A DNA stretch of 40,081 bases. It comes from Raja brachyura (lineage: Eukaryota). A program made the translations under genes and the position numbers. Within the stretch, counting starts at the first letter, position 1, and every line of letters begins with the position of its first letter. The DNA lies in the NCBI GenBank assembly GCA_963514005.1, contig OY740801.1:22839920-22880000 (forward strand), given 5' to 3'. This document shows positions 10,775-22,534 of the stretch, in pieces. The notes under the pieces are model-generated. The model was not told where the DNA came from, did not search any database, and saw only the letters and a program-made list of their open reading frames with translations.

Positions 10775-11180
10775 TAATCCAGGCATCATTCTGGTAAACC
10801 TCCTCTGCACGCTTTACAAAGCCTCCACCTTCCTGTAATGGGGCGACCAGAACTGCACAAAATACTCCAAATCAGGCCTCACCAGAGTCCTATAAAACTG
10901 CACCATGATTCCTGAGTCTTGTACTCGATGCTGAAGCCAAGCATATTGTGCACCTTCTTTACCACTCTATCCGCTTGTGTTGCCACTTTCAGTGAGTTGT
11001 GGACTTGGGCCCTATGATCCCTCTGTACATCAATGCTGTCAATCATGCCATTAACTATATATTTTCCCCCTGATGTTCAACCTCCCAAAGTAACACCGTA
11101 AGTTAATGGCCAGATTAACGTGCCATTTCTGTGCTTCCATTCTGCAGTTGATCAATATCCTGGTGTACACTTTGGACAGG
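10775..11180 (-). mobile_element. CR1 LINE fragment
   Basis: Reverse complement encodes YRTLVRPDLEYFVQFWSP. Confidence 0.8.
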
Positions 11181-11254
11181 TCCAGAGAAGATTCAAAAGG
11201 GACCCAAGGCACAAGGTCACAAACGACATAGCTCCCTCTGCACCGTTACCCTGA

Positions 11255-11985
11255 CTGGAAGGATTGAATTATAAGGAGAGGCTGGAGAGCTGGAGCATAA
11301 GAAGCTGAGGGGTGACCTTGTAAAGGTTTATAATGTCATGAGGTAAGGTGAATGGGTAGCGGGGTCACAAACTAGAGGGTGTAGGGTTAAAGTGAGAGGG
11401 GCAAGATTTAAAAGGGTTACACAAAAAGCTGGAGAAACTCAGCGGGTGCAGCAGCATCTAAGGAGTGAAGGAGATAGGCGACGTTTCGGGTCGAGACCCT
11501 TCTTCAGACTGGTCAGGGATCAGGGAAACGAGAGATATAAACAGTGATATGGAGAGATAAAGCAAGAACAATGAGTGAAAGATATGCAAAAAAGTATTGG
11601 TGATAAGGAAAGCAGGCCATTGTAAGCTGTTTCTGGTGTGAAAATGAGAAGCTAGTGCGACTTGGGGGGGGGGGAGATGGAGAAGGAATGTCAGGGCCCG
11701 AGGGCTGAGGGAGAGGTGGGGGGTGGTGGGGGGAAAGGAGCAGTCTGGGTTAACAGAATTGAGAAAATTCAATGTTTAAAAGGGACCTGAAAGGCAACTT
11801 CTTCATACAGAGAGAGGGTGGTGGGTATATAGAACGAGCTGCCAGAGGAGATGTTGGAAGAGATGTAAAGGTACATTGATTGGAAAGGTTCAGAGGGACA
11901 TGGGCCAAATGCAGGGACATTAGGCTAGGGCATGCAGACATCATGTTGGGCATGGATCGGTTGGGCCATGTAGTGCAACTTTATG
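11255..11985 (+). mobile_element. CR1 LINE 3' fragment, interrupted at 11417-11774
   Basis: LNYKERL..LRGDLVKVYNVMR; 3' UTR. Confidence 0.75.
11417..11774 (-). mobile_element. Penelope-like element 3' end with intact hammerhead core and 10-bp TSD
   Basis: TSD TTTAAAAGGG at 11407-11416 and 11775-11784; NIEFSQF C-terminus; CTGAAGA-AGGGTCTCGACCC-GAAACGTC. Confidence 0.88.
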
Positions 11986-12022
11986 GCGATATCTCTGTCT
12001 CTAATGACCACATGTTGCTCAC

Positions 12023-12188
12023 GGGAGCCTCGGCGAGCTGCAGGAATGCATCTTGTGTCTGAACAAGCTGCAACTTCCTCGGTATCGAGTTCTCCAGTTT
12101 GGCCAACTCGCTTTTCCTTCTCTCTGTGTCCGAGCCGGCCTGACAACATTGCAGCTCAGTCTTTCTGGTTCTGTTCTTGTGCCACAGC
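12023..12188 (-). pseudogene. 166-nt dynein-like exon
   Basis: cacaag|...|gtgagc, open frame; NSIPRKLQLVQTQDAFLQL vs DNIYRKYITYTGGEELFGL. Confidence 0.65.
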
Positions 12189-12631
12189 CTTGTGAATAGC
12201 AACACGTTAGTTACCCCACAAAGAAACACAACGTGCTTGACTTTCCCGTTGACCTTCCTGGTCCCCCTCCACCAGATGTTTCACTCTCTCTCCTCCCGTC
12301 CTCCGTCCCTCCGCCACCATCTCCCCCACATTGTCCCCTCTCTCTCTTGGTTCTGACAAGCATGTCATACGTGAAGTGCAACTCTTCCCCCTCCACAGAT
12401 ACTGCCTGACGTAACGTGAGGATGGTGTTGGGATGGGAGACCAGGGGAGACCAGCCCCCCCAACCACAACCCATAACATGCTCCCCTGGGTGGGGGTGGG
12501 GGTGGGGGTGGGGGGGGACGTCTGTTGCAGCCGCTGGAATCCCATGGCAAGGCCAAGGGAAGGAGAAGCAGCAACTGGCGAGGTGCCGGCTCCACCTCTC
12601 GATCAGACAGTGGGAGGTGTTGTCCACTCAC

Positions 12632-12678
12632 CCCATGTGGAATCTCAGCGTAAGCTCACACTCTCCCCGGTGCCTGTC
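12632..12678 (-). pseudogene. 47-nt dynein-like exon
   Basis: ctcag|DRHRGECELTLRFHMG|gtgagt; phases 0 to 2 fit both neighbours; compare LQDCHQFYLDYDLNG. Confidence 0.45.
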
Positions 12679-12765
12679 CTGAGCTTGAGTCGCAGAGGGC
12701 AGCTCTGGGGGGGTCAGTGCCCCCCACCCCTGCTGGCGGGTGGGGAGAGGTTGGTAAATCCGCAC

Positions 12766-12947
12766 GTATGTTCGGGTCGCCCTTGTTTATATCTGCTGTC
12801 TGCTGGGATCACCAAAGACACCCGATCCTTCTGAGAGGCGGTTACTCAGAAAACTATTGCGTCGGGCTCTGTGCAAAGTTTATACAGGACGGTACAGTAT
12901 CTCCAAAATATTTAGCCCAGAAACCAAAAGTAAATCCATTAGTTGAG
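12766..12947 (-). pseudogene. Dynein-like exon with two in-frame TAA stops
   Basis: Bounded by gacttgcag and gtgcgg. QLMDLLLVSGLNILEILYRPV*TLHRARR..DPSRQQI* vs [36 protein letters not shown]. TAA stops at 12880-12882 and 12787-12789. Confidence 0.78.
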
Positions 12948-13129
12948 CTGCAAGTCACCGGAATACGTTCAGAATTTAAAAAAACGGAATATACACAGGC
13001 CACGTAAATGTTTGGAACATTACTGGTGGGGAGGGGGCTTGTGTGTCACTGTCCACGTGTCCCGGTCTGGCACCCCGCCAGCTTCTCTGCCCGGGAACGG
13101 CATCCCCCTGAGTCCCTGGGCGACCCCCA

Positions 13130-13545
13130 CCCCACACCCGAACAGTCCCTTCGGCCCACAATGTGTGTGCCTGCACGTGATCCATATCCCTCCATTCCCT
13201 GCGTATCCATGTGCCCATCTAAAAGCCACTTAAACACCACTGTGAAGATGTGCGGGGCAGTTTTTTTGCACAGACGCCGTGCCTCTCTCTGCCCCAGTAA
13301 GTTTGCCACCTTCCGTGTGTGTAGCTTTAACTCCTCTGCCTCCACTACCATCCCTGGCACCACGTTCCCAGCCCCCGCCACGTCGGTGAACAAATTGCTC
13401 CACACATCTTTCAAACTTTGCCCATCTCACCTTGAAGCTATGCCCTCCGCCCTCCAGCCTTTGACATTTCCAACCTGAGAAAAAGGTTCTGACTAACTAA
13501 CTGGTCTATGCCTCTCACAATTGTCTATACTTGTGTCAGGTCTCC
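13130..13545 (-). mobile_element. CR1 LINE 3' fragment
   Basis: Typical CR1 ORF2 C-terminus and 3' UTR. Confidence 0.7.
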
Positions 13546-13604
13546 TTGCTGTTGGTGGGCAGCCAGCCAGGGAGCAGGGACGCAGTGCTGGAGAATATGT
13601 GTTC

Positions 13605-14020
13605 AATAGACAATAGACAATAAGTGCAGGAGTAGGCCATTCGGCCCTTCGAGCCAGCACCGCCATTCAATGTGATCATGTCTGATCATCCCCAATCAGT
13701 ACCCCGTTCCTGCCTTCTCCCCATATCCCCTGACTCCGCTATTTTTAAGAGCCCTATCTAGCTCTCTCTTGAAAGCATCCAGAGAACTTGCCTCCAACGC
13801 CCTCTGAGGCAGAGAATTCCACAGACGCACTACTCTCTGTGAGGAAAAGTTTATTCTTAAACTGTGGCACCTGGTTCTGGACTCCCACAACATCGGGAAC
13901 ATGTTTCCTGCCTCTAGTATGTCCAAGCCCTTAACAATTTTATATGTTTCAATGAGATCCCCTCTCATCCTTCTAAACTCCAGAGTGTACAAGCCCAGCT
14001 GCTCCATTCTCTCAGCGTAT
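13605..14020 (-). mobile_element. CR1 LINE 3' end (young)
   Basis: LGLYTLEFRRMRGDLIETYKI..WNSLPQ..GYGEKAGTGY; (TCTATTG)n tail. Confidence 0.92.
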
Positions 14021-14029
14021 GAACACGGT

Positions 14030-14287
14030 TCATTCCCGCATTTTGTGAATCAGGCATTCCAGCATCTTATGTCCACCTTGAACTACCCCCCACCCACAAG
14101 GCGATTAGTTTCCTCCACATCTGAGGGGCTGATTCAGAAATACATCTTATTATGGAGCGGGGGCCTGTCACCAGGAGCTGGTCTCCGCTCGCTGGCTCGC
14201 TGGCTGTCAGTCTCACAGGCTGCCCCCTCAGCCAGGCACTCTGATCTGCCTGCAACATCTTACTGCTTTGAAAAGCCACACTGAAAC
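14030..14287 (-). pseudogene. Dynein-like exon block
   Basis: Acceptor ttttgcagcag. GFSVAFQSSKMLQADQSAWL vs [33 protein letters not shown] vs KLNRPIKDLDDI (frameshift). Confidence 0.65.
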
Positions 14288-14739
14288 CTGCTGCAAAACA
14301 TTTATGACCAAATTAATAGTCTGGCAATAACAATTGGAAGTCGCAGTGATTATTATCCACACAAGAGATCAAAGGAAGGAGGCGCCAGAACTAATGACAC
14401 TGGGAGCAGTGAGGAGAAGGGGGTCGGGGTGTCTGTGGACAGAGGAGCCTCACTCAGACATCACAGAGGCTGCCGGTGATCACACGGTGCCCCAGGCATC
14501 CCGGGGTGGCAGTCACGGCAGCCCACTTCTACCGGCACCCACGGCACGAGGTCACGTGCGACAAGGTCCCATCACACACGCCCGGGGTTAGGCACATATT
14601 CTACAGAGTCCTGTCAGCCACAGTGACAGGTGGGTGCCTCTCTCTGCCCCAGTATGTTCGCCACCTTTCGTGTGTGTACCTAACCACAAGAATGTGTGAT
14701 GGGGTGACATAGTGGCAACTTCACTCTGTATCTGTCCCT

Positions 14740-14890
14740 GGGGGATGGTCCCCCAGTACTGGAGAGTAGCTAATGTAATCCCTTTGTTTAAGAAATATTC
14801 TTAATATCAGAGATATTCCAGGAAATTATGTGCCAGTGAAACTCACATCAGTGGTCGGGAAGCTATTGGAGAGGATTCGTAGGGTTAAGG
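14740..14890 (+). mobile_element. CR1 reverse-transcriptase fragment
   Basis: WRVANVIPLFKK..PGNYVPVKLTSVVGKLLERI. Confidence 0.85.
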
Positions 14891-15704
14891 CAGCAACTGG
14901 TTTATGTGGAGGGGTAAAGTTCACCCACTCTTGGTTCTGGTATTTCTGCCCTGTGCTTCTTGCTGGTGGAGGTGAGGTGGTTGTAGGGTGCTTCCTGGGC
15001 AGGTGGCCACTGGTGCCCCTGCTCCCGGCCGTGGGTGAGGTGCTGATCGGTTGTCTGCTTGGTGCAGCTCTGACACCGCTGATCAAGCCAGCCTCGTTGG
15101 ACAAGGGCTGTAATGTAGCCTCTTCTCCGGCGGATCCTTGGCATCCTGCTCCGGGAAACCGGCCCACATCATCCGGTGAACCAATCCTCAAAGCTGCTTC
15201 TGGACAATCAGTCCCCGGGATCGCATTTCCCCCAGTTATTGCGTTACCCTTTGCTGCAGTGTCTTCTTAATTCCAGGCACAGACTCTCTGCAAAGTGTCA
15301 CTGCTATTGTGGGGGTGGTACAGGCTGGGGCAGGGGAGGGGAGGGGCTGTAAACCAGTCCACAGTCTGATGGTGACAGTTCCTCTCAACCACTCGTATCA
15401 TCCTGCGCTAACATCGTGGTTAAGGGGAGAAGGAAGGATAATAAGTTGAGAGGGAAAGATAGATGGTTGTAGCCATGTAGACTCACTGGGCTGAATGGCC
15501 TAATTCTGCTCCTATAAGGTATGAACATGAACCCCCCCCCCCTCCCCCCAACTTACCCCATTCCCCACCTCCTCCGTCCACCCACCTCCTCCCTCACCCC
15601 CATTCCCCACCTCCCCGCTCACCCACCCAACCTCTCATCCCTCACCCCACTCTGGACACCAGGCCCACTGCTCACCATCTCTCCAGGTCTCTACTATCCT
15701 CAAA

Positions 15705-15892
15705 TAGACACAAAGTTCTGGAGTAACTCAGCGGGTCAGGCAGCATCTCAGGAGAAAAAGGGTGGGTGATGTATTGGGATGAGACCCTTCTTCAGACTCC
15801 TTCAGAGTCGGGTCCCGACCTGAAACGGCACTCATCCTTTCTCTCCAGAGAGGCTGCCTGACCCGCTGCGTTACTCCAGCACTTTGTGTCTT
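15705..15892. mobile_element. Inverted pair of Penelope-like terminal repeats
   Basis: agacacaaag..ctcagcgggtcaggcagc and gctgcctgacccgc..ctttgtgtct. Confidence 0.82.
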
Positions 15893-16079
15893 TTGTTTCT
15901 CCCTGCAGGGATCATTATTTCAAAGCATTTGTCGGATCATCCAATTGTTGTGACAGACTCAAACATTCCGATGTGAGGCTTTATTTTTTCACGTTGACTC
16001 CTTGTGTCTGAATTGACTTTGTGCATCTATTAACATTACACCCCCTGTCCTCTCCTCTCACCACTAGGGCGAGGCTGTC

Positions 16080-16900
16080 CCACCTGGACCCCCTCTAACA
16101 GCTGATCGACCATCACGTCTGTGTGGCCGGGTCTCCGAGCCGCCTGTTCCCAGTCTCTGGCAAGGTCCCACAAAGGACAGGCTGCAATCACCACCCTGTG
16201 CTCTGCTTCCTTCCTTCCCTGAAGAGCAGTGTTAGGTTTCCAACCTCCCGATCCGTTGGGACTGTCTCCAGCAGGGCGGGAGTTTTGGAAGCTGATCACG
16301 GATCACCCAGGGGTGCAACCACCAGCAAGGGCAGTGTTTGGTTTCCCAGCCTCCAACTGATATGAATTCCTGTCACAAGACCCTTGCTCGATCGGTCACC
16401 CACCATATTTATTGTGTCTTCAGGTATAAGATGCTTGTTCAACGTCTCAGCTAATCTGTTCCATTTTCGTGATATTCCTTGCTAGTTTACTTTTATATCA
16501 ACCTTCCCCCCTCCCTGCCATGTCTTCAGCTCATCTCTCGTTACTTCCTGAAACTCTTCCAGCCTTCCGGCTCACAGCTCTGTTCTGTAACGTTATAGGA
16601 TTCCTTCAATCTCATCTGATCCTGAACCTTTGCTTGGGCACGCATGGATCGTTCTTCCTGTGGAATTTTTATTTCTCCATGGAATGCACATTCTTTGAAA
16701 ATTACAAATACTTCTTTAAACATTTGTCATTGTTTAATCTGATTTCCCAATCTGCCTTCGCCAACTCACCCCTCGCCCACCGCACTTTGTCAATCTGCCT
16801 TGAATTAAGGTCAGGATCCCCAGCCAAGTTATGTTGCATTTACAACTGAAAACAAAATCCTTCATGTGGTGATGCCTGTTTCCCATGGGATCCCGTCTCC
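16080..16900 (-). mobile_element. Ancient CR1 ORF2 fragment (tether and start of RT)
   Basis: ISFQNS..; PEGWKSFRK; KSKLARNI resemble CR1 ORF2. Confidence 0.55.
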
Positions 16901-17074
16901 GCTGATGGTCTGTAGCCACACGGGGCCAGACTTGACCACAGTGATCTCCTCCGCTAATGGAATCAGTGACCGAGCGATTTCTCACCACAATCAACAGTTC
17001 AACTCCTTTAAAATTCCAAATTATTAGGTTGAATTACTGTGCTTCCCTGGTGGGATTTAAACTCAGATCTCTGG

Positions 17075-17585
17075 GTTATAGAGCGGCACGCAGCATGGAA
17101 ACAGGCCCTTCGGCCCAACGTGTCCTTGCCGACCAGGATGCCCCATCTAAACTAGTCCTATTTGCCCGTGTTTGGCCGAAATCCCTCTAAATCTTTCCTG
17201 CCCATGTATCCGTCCAAATATTTTTAAAATGTTCCAATAGTACCTGCTTCAACTGGCAGCTCATACTACATACCTACCACACTCAGGTTGCCCCTCAGGT
17301 TCCTTTTAAAACTCTATCCTCTCACCGTAAACCTATGTTGTGTGGATTTAGATTTCCCTGCCCTGGGGAAAATACCATGACCTTATCTGCACGCCTCATG
17401 GTTTACTCTTCCTCCACTCCGTCACCCCTCAGCCTCGGACACTGCAGGGAATACAGTTCCAGCCTATCCACTCTCTCTTTCTATCTCAAGCCCTCCACAC
17501 TCGAATAAGCAGCATGAATCTTTTCTGCACCACTTTAATAACTTCCTTCCCATAGCCAGGCGACCTGAACTATGCACAATACTGA
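17075..17585 (-). mobile_element. CR1 LINE 3' fragment
   Basis: CR1 tail acaggcccttcggccca and degenerate ORF2 end. Confidence 0.75.
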
Positions 17586-17589
17586 TATC

Positions 17590-18035
17590 AGATTTTTATA
17601 GTAGTGTATACCAAGATACAGTGAAAATCTTTGTCTGTGTGTTATCCAGTCAAATGATACCATGCATGAGTACAAACAAACCATGCACAAGTACAACAGG
17701 TAGTGCAAAGGGAAAAATACAAGAGGGCAGAATATAGTGTTACAGTGTTATAGCGTTACAGTAACAGAGACAATGAAGGTTTTAAAAGGCGCAAGATCCA
17801 TGCGAGGTAGGTTGGGAGATCGGGACTGCTGCCTAGCTTGTGGGAGGACCTTTCAGAAGTCTGACAACAGCGGGGAAGATGCTGTTCCTGAATCTGGTGG
17901 TGTGCGCTTTCAAGCTTTTGTATCTTCTGACCAATGGGAGTGGGGAGAAGAGGGAATGACTGGGGTGTGAGCGATCCGTGGTTGTGTTAGCTGCTTTCCA
18001 AAGGCAGCCTGGAGTGTAGATGGAGTCGATGGTGG
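17590..18035 (-). mobile_element. Rex1/Babar LINE 3' fragment
   Basis: Reverse complement gives IDSIYT..HPSHSLFSPLP..RRYKSLK-like peptide plus UTR. Confidence 0.7.
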
Positions 18036-18399
18036 TCTCACCAACGACCTATACATTGTTAGGGTCATAGCGCCTGTACTCAATGCCCTGACTGATGAAG
18101 GGAGCAGCAAAATACCTTCTCCACCCCCCCTGCCCCATTTCAGGGAACCCTGCACCAGCACGCTGACGTGTCTGGGTCACCTGCCCAGTCAGTTACCCAT
18201 CCACCCACACACGTGGCATTCTGTTCCACTTTTTTATCCTTGCCTTTGCTCACCTTTAAACCCTACAGTCAGACTGCAGTCCTCTCTACTCTGAGTTTGG
18301 TGAACTCCAGCTACTTCAGGTGCCCGAGACTGCATGTGTCTGCCACGTTCACTGGAGACGAGGAAGTTGTGGTCTCACGGTGCGGGGACTGGATGGTTG

Positions 18400-18835
18400 A
18401 ACCAGCCACCGCTCTGGCCCTGCGGTGCCCTGGAACATCCTCCAGCTCAGTGAGAGGAGCCTGAGGACGATCGCGGTGACGGGTGGTCCAGTGAGTCGCC
18501 GCCAGCAGTGAGTGCAGTCTCCGGGTACAGAGCGGCCTCCGTCAGGGAGGGTGGAGCCGGGGGTGAGGAGAGGCTGCAGGCGATTCCCATTCCTCAGTGA
18601 TGCGGCAACGGTTTCCATCAGGGGTCGGGTGGCGGCAGACATGCACGGCTTTGTACGGAGAAGCTTCAGGACCACAGGCTGGCAGCGCTGCACCACTCTC
18701 ACAGCATTTGGCTGCAATCCGCCGGTGGTTGAAAACCATAAATCACGCTGACCACATGAAATGGTACGGCATAGGCTGCTGGGTTTAACATTCACAGACA
18801 TGTTTTCCGCAGCACCAGTGTGGGAAACAACCGGG
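18400..18835 (-). pseudogene. Dynein-like block
   Basis: MLNPAA..VVSVIYG vs TLNKAV..IISVPKG; PYKAV vs YYKNV; THCWRR vs NHIWQK; QAPLTELE vs QSPLLSEFE; spacing is colinear. Confidence 0.5.
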
Positions 18836-18857
18836 CAGGCTGACGGGCGGGCAGACA

Positions 18858-19036
18858 NNNNNNNNNNNNNNNNNNNNNNNNNNNNNNNNNNNNNNNNNNN
18901 NNNNNNNNNNNNNNNNNNNNNNNNNNNNNNNNNNNNNNNNNNNNNNNNNNNNNNNNNNNNNNNNNNNNNNNNNNNNNNNNNNNNNNNNNNNNNNNNNNNN
19001 NNNNNNNNNNNNNNNNNNNNNNNNNNNNNNNNNNNN
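18858..19036. other. Assembly gap (179 N)
   Basis: Run of N. Confidence 1.
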
Positions 19037-19939
19037 ACAGACACATTAATAAGCAGGGAATGGAGGGGTACAGATCACGTGCTGGCAGAGGAGGTTAGTT
19101 TCACTTGGCATCATGTTCAGCACGGATATTGTGGGCCGAAGGTCCTGTTCCTGTGCTGTACTGTTCTTTCTTCTATGTCCTTGTGTGAGTCTGTATGTGT
19201 TGTCTGTGTGGACTCGTACACAGGTGGAGAGCTCCCTCTAGCCACAACACACACACGGACAGGCACACAAATGCACAGACAGGCACATGCACATGCGCAC
19301 AAACACACATGCACATGGACACGGGCATGGACACACACACATGATCGGGGTTTGAGTCGTGAGACCCTTCTCCACACCAACAACACTCTGCCTCTCCTGG
19401 CTGATCTGTGGTCAGAGTAATAAATGGAGCTGTAGAACACAGAACAGTACAGCAGAGGGACAGGCCCTTCAGCCCACAATGTTCGTTCCCAAGTGATGCC
19501 TCAGCGGGATGCCTCTACACTGAGGATGGGGTGAGGGTACAGCACTAACTGAGGAAGGATCACCTGCCTTCGTTGATGCTCAGATTAATGTCGGCCTTGC
19601 CAGCGCTCTCCCTGAGCTTCCCCAGCGACAACGCTCACGGGCTTGCCCACGCAGGTCCTGCCCTCCGTGTGGAAGGCCCTGAATCCACTGCAGTCACCAG
19701 CTGGACATCTGGTAAATTCCACCCACCCCATTTCCTGGTCCCGACCCTCCGCAGTCCATGGCCTCAACAAGTGACACAGAGTGGAGGAGACACTGCAGGT
19801 CAGGCAACATCTCCTGACAATGTGGAGAGGTGACGTTTCGGGTCGGGATCCTTCTCCAGAAATTCTCATAACTCCTCGTGATATGGTTGACGGTGGTGAA
19901 GCAGTTGCAGAACAGCCCTCCTGCTCCATGCCAGCACTG

Positions 19940-20239
19940 CTCATCACTTCATGACCACTGGTCAATGTTCCTCTGCGTTGCTGGATACGAGCTGCCCTCG
20001 GAAAGGTGCTGGCAAACCAGGGGCAGACGGGCTGGCAGAGATGCCTACCTGTGCCCGCACACTTGTGCCACGCACAAGGAGCAGCTCCAGCGGAGGCGGC
20101 TCTCGTTGGTACTGCTGGACTGCCCTCCGTCCCTCCTCAGCAAGAACAGCGGCAGTTCCCCGTTCAAATCCCCACGTGAATAGCCACAACTCTCTGTGCA
20201 GAAAGTCAACCCTTTGACTGACCTGCCACTCAACAGCAG
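19940..20239 (-). pseudogene. Dynein-like block
   Basis: AVEWQVSQRVDFL vs LVEEAVNELVNML; VLAEEGRRAVQQY vs MLGEEARELLSHF; LPAPFRGQL vs LPIFRASV. Confidence 0.6.
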
Positions 20240-20417
20240 CTTGTAAATTGTAACACCAAACACACAGGCAGCACAAACGCTTAAAGCTTAAAACACAAAA
20301 TGTTTTACAGGAACGATGTGGATGCTTTGGAGAGGGTGAAGCAAGGGTTCACCAGAATACCGTCTCCATGAGAGGATATTAGCTAGAAGGAGCAGTTGGA
20401 CCAACTATGTTTGTTTT

Positions 20418-20538
20418 AAAGAAGGAACTGCAGATGCAGAAGGGTCTGAAGAAGGGTCTCGACCCGAAACGTCGCCTATCTCCTTCACTCCTTAGATGCT
20501 GCTGCACCCGCTGAGTTTCTCCAGCTTTTTGTGTAACC
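20418..20538 (+). mobile_element. Short Penelope-like insertion with 13-bp TSD
   Basis: TSD CTATGTTTGTTTT at 20405-20417 and 20539-20551; short inverted tail at its 5' end. Confidence 0.9.
20441..20478 (+). ncRNA. Minimal type I hammerhead ribozyme motif
   Basis: CUGAAGA, then A and stem II GGGUC-UC-GACCC, then GAAA and palindromic ACGU with C cleavage site; short stem I GGGU/GCCU. Confidence 0.7.
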
Positions 20539-21252
20539 CTATGTTTGTTTTCTCTGGAGCGTCGGAGACTGTGGGAAAACCTGAAAGAAGTACATACAAT
20601 TATGAGAGGCATAGATAGGATAGACAGTCAGAGCCTTTTTTCCCAGGGTGGGAATGTCAAAGACTAGAGGGCACAATGGTGAAAGGAGCAAAGTTTAAAG
20701 GAGATGTACGGGGCAGGTTTTTACACAGAATGCTGTGTGCCTGGAACATGCTGCCGGGGTGGTGGTGGAAGCAGATACGACAGCGGTGTTCGAGAGGCTT
20801 TTAGATAGGCACATGGATATGCAGGGAATGGAGGGATATGGATCATGTGCAGGCAGGGATTAGTTTAACTTGGTATCTTGTGCAGCGCAGACATTGTGGG
20901 CCAAAGTGCCTGTCCCTGTGCTGCACTGTTCTACGTTCTATCTTTTCAGTGGGTGAGGCAGCATTGTCAAGGGAAGTTAATGGGTGGGCTTCCTTCCTCA
21001 AGGTTCAAGCATCTTAAATAGACCGCATTCTAATTCACTCTTAGATATCTGTTATTCTAACATAAAAATCCCTCAATTCGCTTCAAACTTATTGACGAGT
21101 AAATATTAGTCATTTCCAAATCACTCAAGCACCTCAGTCAATTTCCAGACAGAAACACACGCCCAGAAATCAATTTTACGTTAATAAGAAGACAATTAAG
21201 GGGCGTCCCAGGGAGCCCATCACAGGACAGAACTTCACCCCACGCCTGACCC

Positions 21253-21995
21253 TTTTTTTTAATACAAATACTTTTATTCAGAAAACAAAAACAAACATAC
21301 AAAAGGATAACACGATCAAAACTGCCTTTGAGGCGGTTTACAAAGCAACAGTCATCAATTTTAAAATAACGTCATCCTCATCAGTAATACACTCAGTCTC
21401 CCGCGGCGACCAGCATTCACGGAAGGCCCTCACAGTCCCCGAGGACACCGCATGTTCCCTCGCCAGGGACACGCGGGCACGGACGTAGGCCTGGAAAAGG
21501 GGCAGGCAGCCGACCCTGGGGCGGCCATCGATTACCCGCTGCCTGGACCCGCAAATGGTCATCTAGGCCAGGCCCAGGAGCAGACCGACAGGGAGACCCC
21601 CCCCCCCCCCCTCCCATCCCGACCCTACCCCGCTCTGTACCGGGTGCCCAAATATCAGGAGGGTGGGACTAAAATGTAGCCAAAACTTGAGGAGCAACCG
21701 CTTCAGATAGTGGTACAGAGGCTGCAACCTCTCATGGAACACGGTCTCTTCCTCGCCGCAGAAGTGACAGGCGGCGGGCGAGTCCGTGAACCGGCTCAAG
21801 TACCTGTTACAGGCCACAGCTTTGTGCAACACTCTCCACCCCAGGTCCCCGATGTAAAGGGGAAGGACTCCCTTGTAGAGAGACCTCTACTGGGGACAGT
21901 CCCCGCCGTCAGGTGGTAACATGGACCACCAGGGTGTATCCGGACGGAGGACAAGGGCGAGGAAGTGTAGAGTGTGCAGGAGCAGCCTGTACAGT
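21253..21995 (-). mobile_element. Tx1/L1-type LINE 3' end with zf-RVT-like motif
   Basis: LHKAVACNRYL..CHFCGEEETVFH..HFSPTLLIFGHP; AATAAA and A-tail. Confidence 0.9.
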
Positions 21996-22169
21996 GCCGT
22001 CTGTGTCTGACCCTGGGAGTGGTGAGACGGTGCGAAGGGAGTGTGTGATGGGATGGGGCGGTGGTGAGGGAGCTTCACTCTGCGTGTGACCCTGGGATTG
22101 ATGGGACGGTGCTGAAGGACCCTCGCTGCGCATCTGACCCCGGCGTCGCTGCTGGTGGCGGCGCCTCCG

Positions 22170-22425
22170 TTCAGGGACAGTGGTCTTTAACTGACGCAGG
22201 TTTGAGGCGAGTGTTCGGGCTGCACCCATCGCAGCTGCTGGCTGCGATGGAGCGGCTCCAGGGGCAGACGGGCAGGCACAGCTGCAGTCCGTTTGTTGCT
22301 GTTTGTGTTGCCAGGCGACTGGAATGCCGGGCGCACAGATGCCAGACTGCACGCCGCACCGTTTGTCCAGCTCTGCCGTTGCGTGTCAGCACCAGTGCAG
22401 CGGCCTGCAGCTGCCCACTCCCTCC
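22170..22425 (-). pseudogene. Dynein-like block
   Basis: LQAAALVLTRN vs IKDLELLLDRVN; LQLCLP/LPLEPL vs PLCQLPQEEPL; ASNLRQLKTTVPE vs AQILHFKSSLVEE; spread over three frames. Confidence 0.45.
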
Positions 22426-22534
22426 ATCACTGGGGGGTGCATAGAGTCCGACATGGCCCGAGACAACACTGGGACTTTTGCTCCGGGACCCCAGCATGGA
22501 GACACGGAACATGTACCATCCCTGACCAGCAGAA

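Larger units (their letters stand above)
20310..20940 (+). mobile_element. CR1 LINE 3' fragment, interrupted at 20418-20538
   Basis: DVDALERV..LFSLERRRL..LKEVHTIMRGIDRIDSQSLF. Confidence 0.82.

Noticed and set aside
11981-12229. EVC/EVC2-like coiled-coil exon
   Set aside because: No specific motif match; better explained by dynein IYRK..LFGL.
14890-15330. ORFs open on both strands in unique-looking sequence
   Set aside because: No recognisable family and no place in the dynein order; left unassigned.
17040-17075. tRNA B-box-like motif (GGTGGGATTTAAACTC)
   Set aside because: Too short and no cloverleaf; at most a SINE remnant.
20960-21230. Possible extra dynein block (NIYSSISLKRIEGFL)
   Set aside because: It would duplicate residues assigned to 24810-25250 and 22170-22425, has many stops, and is likely over-fitting.
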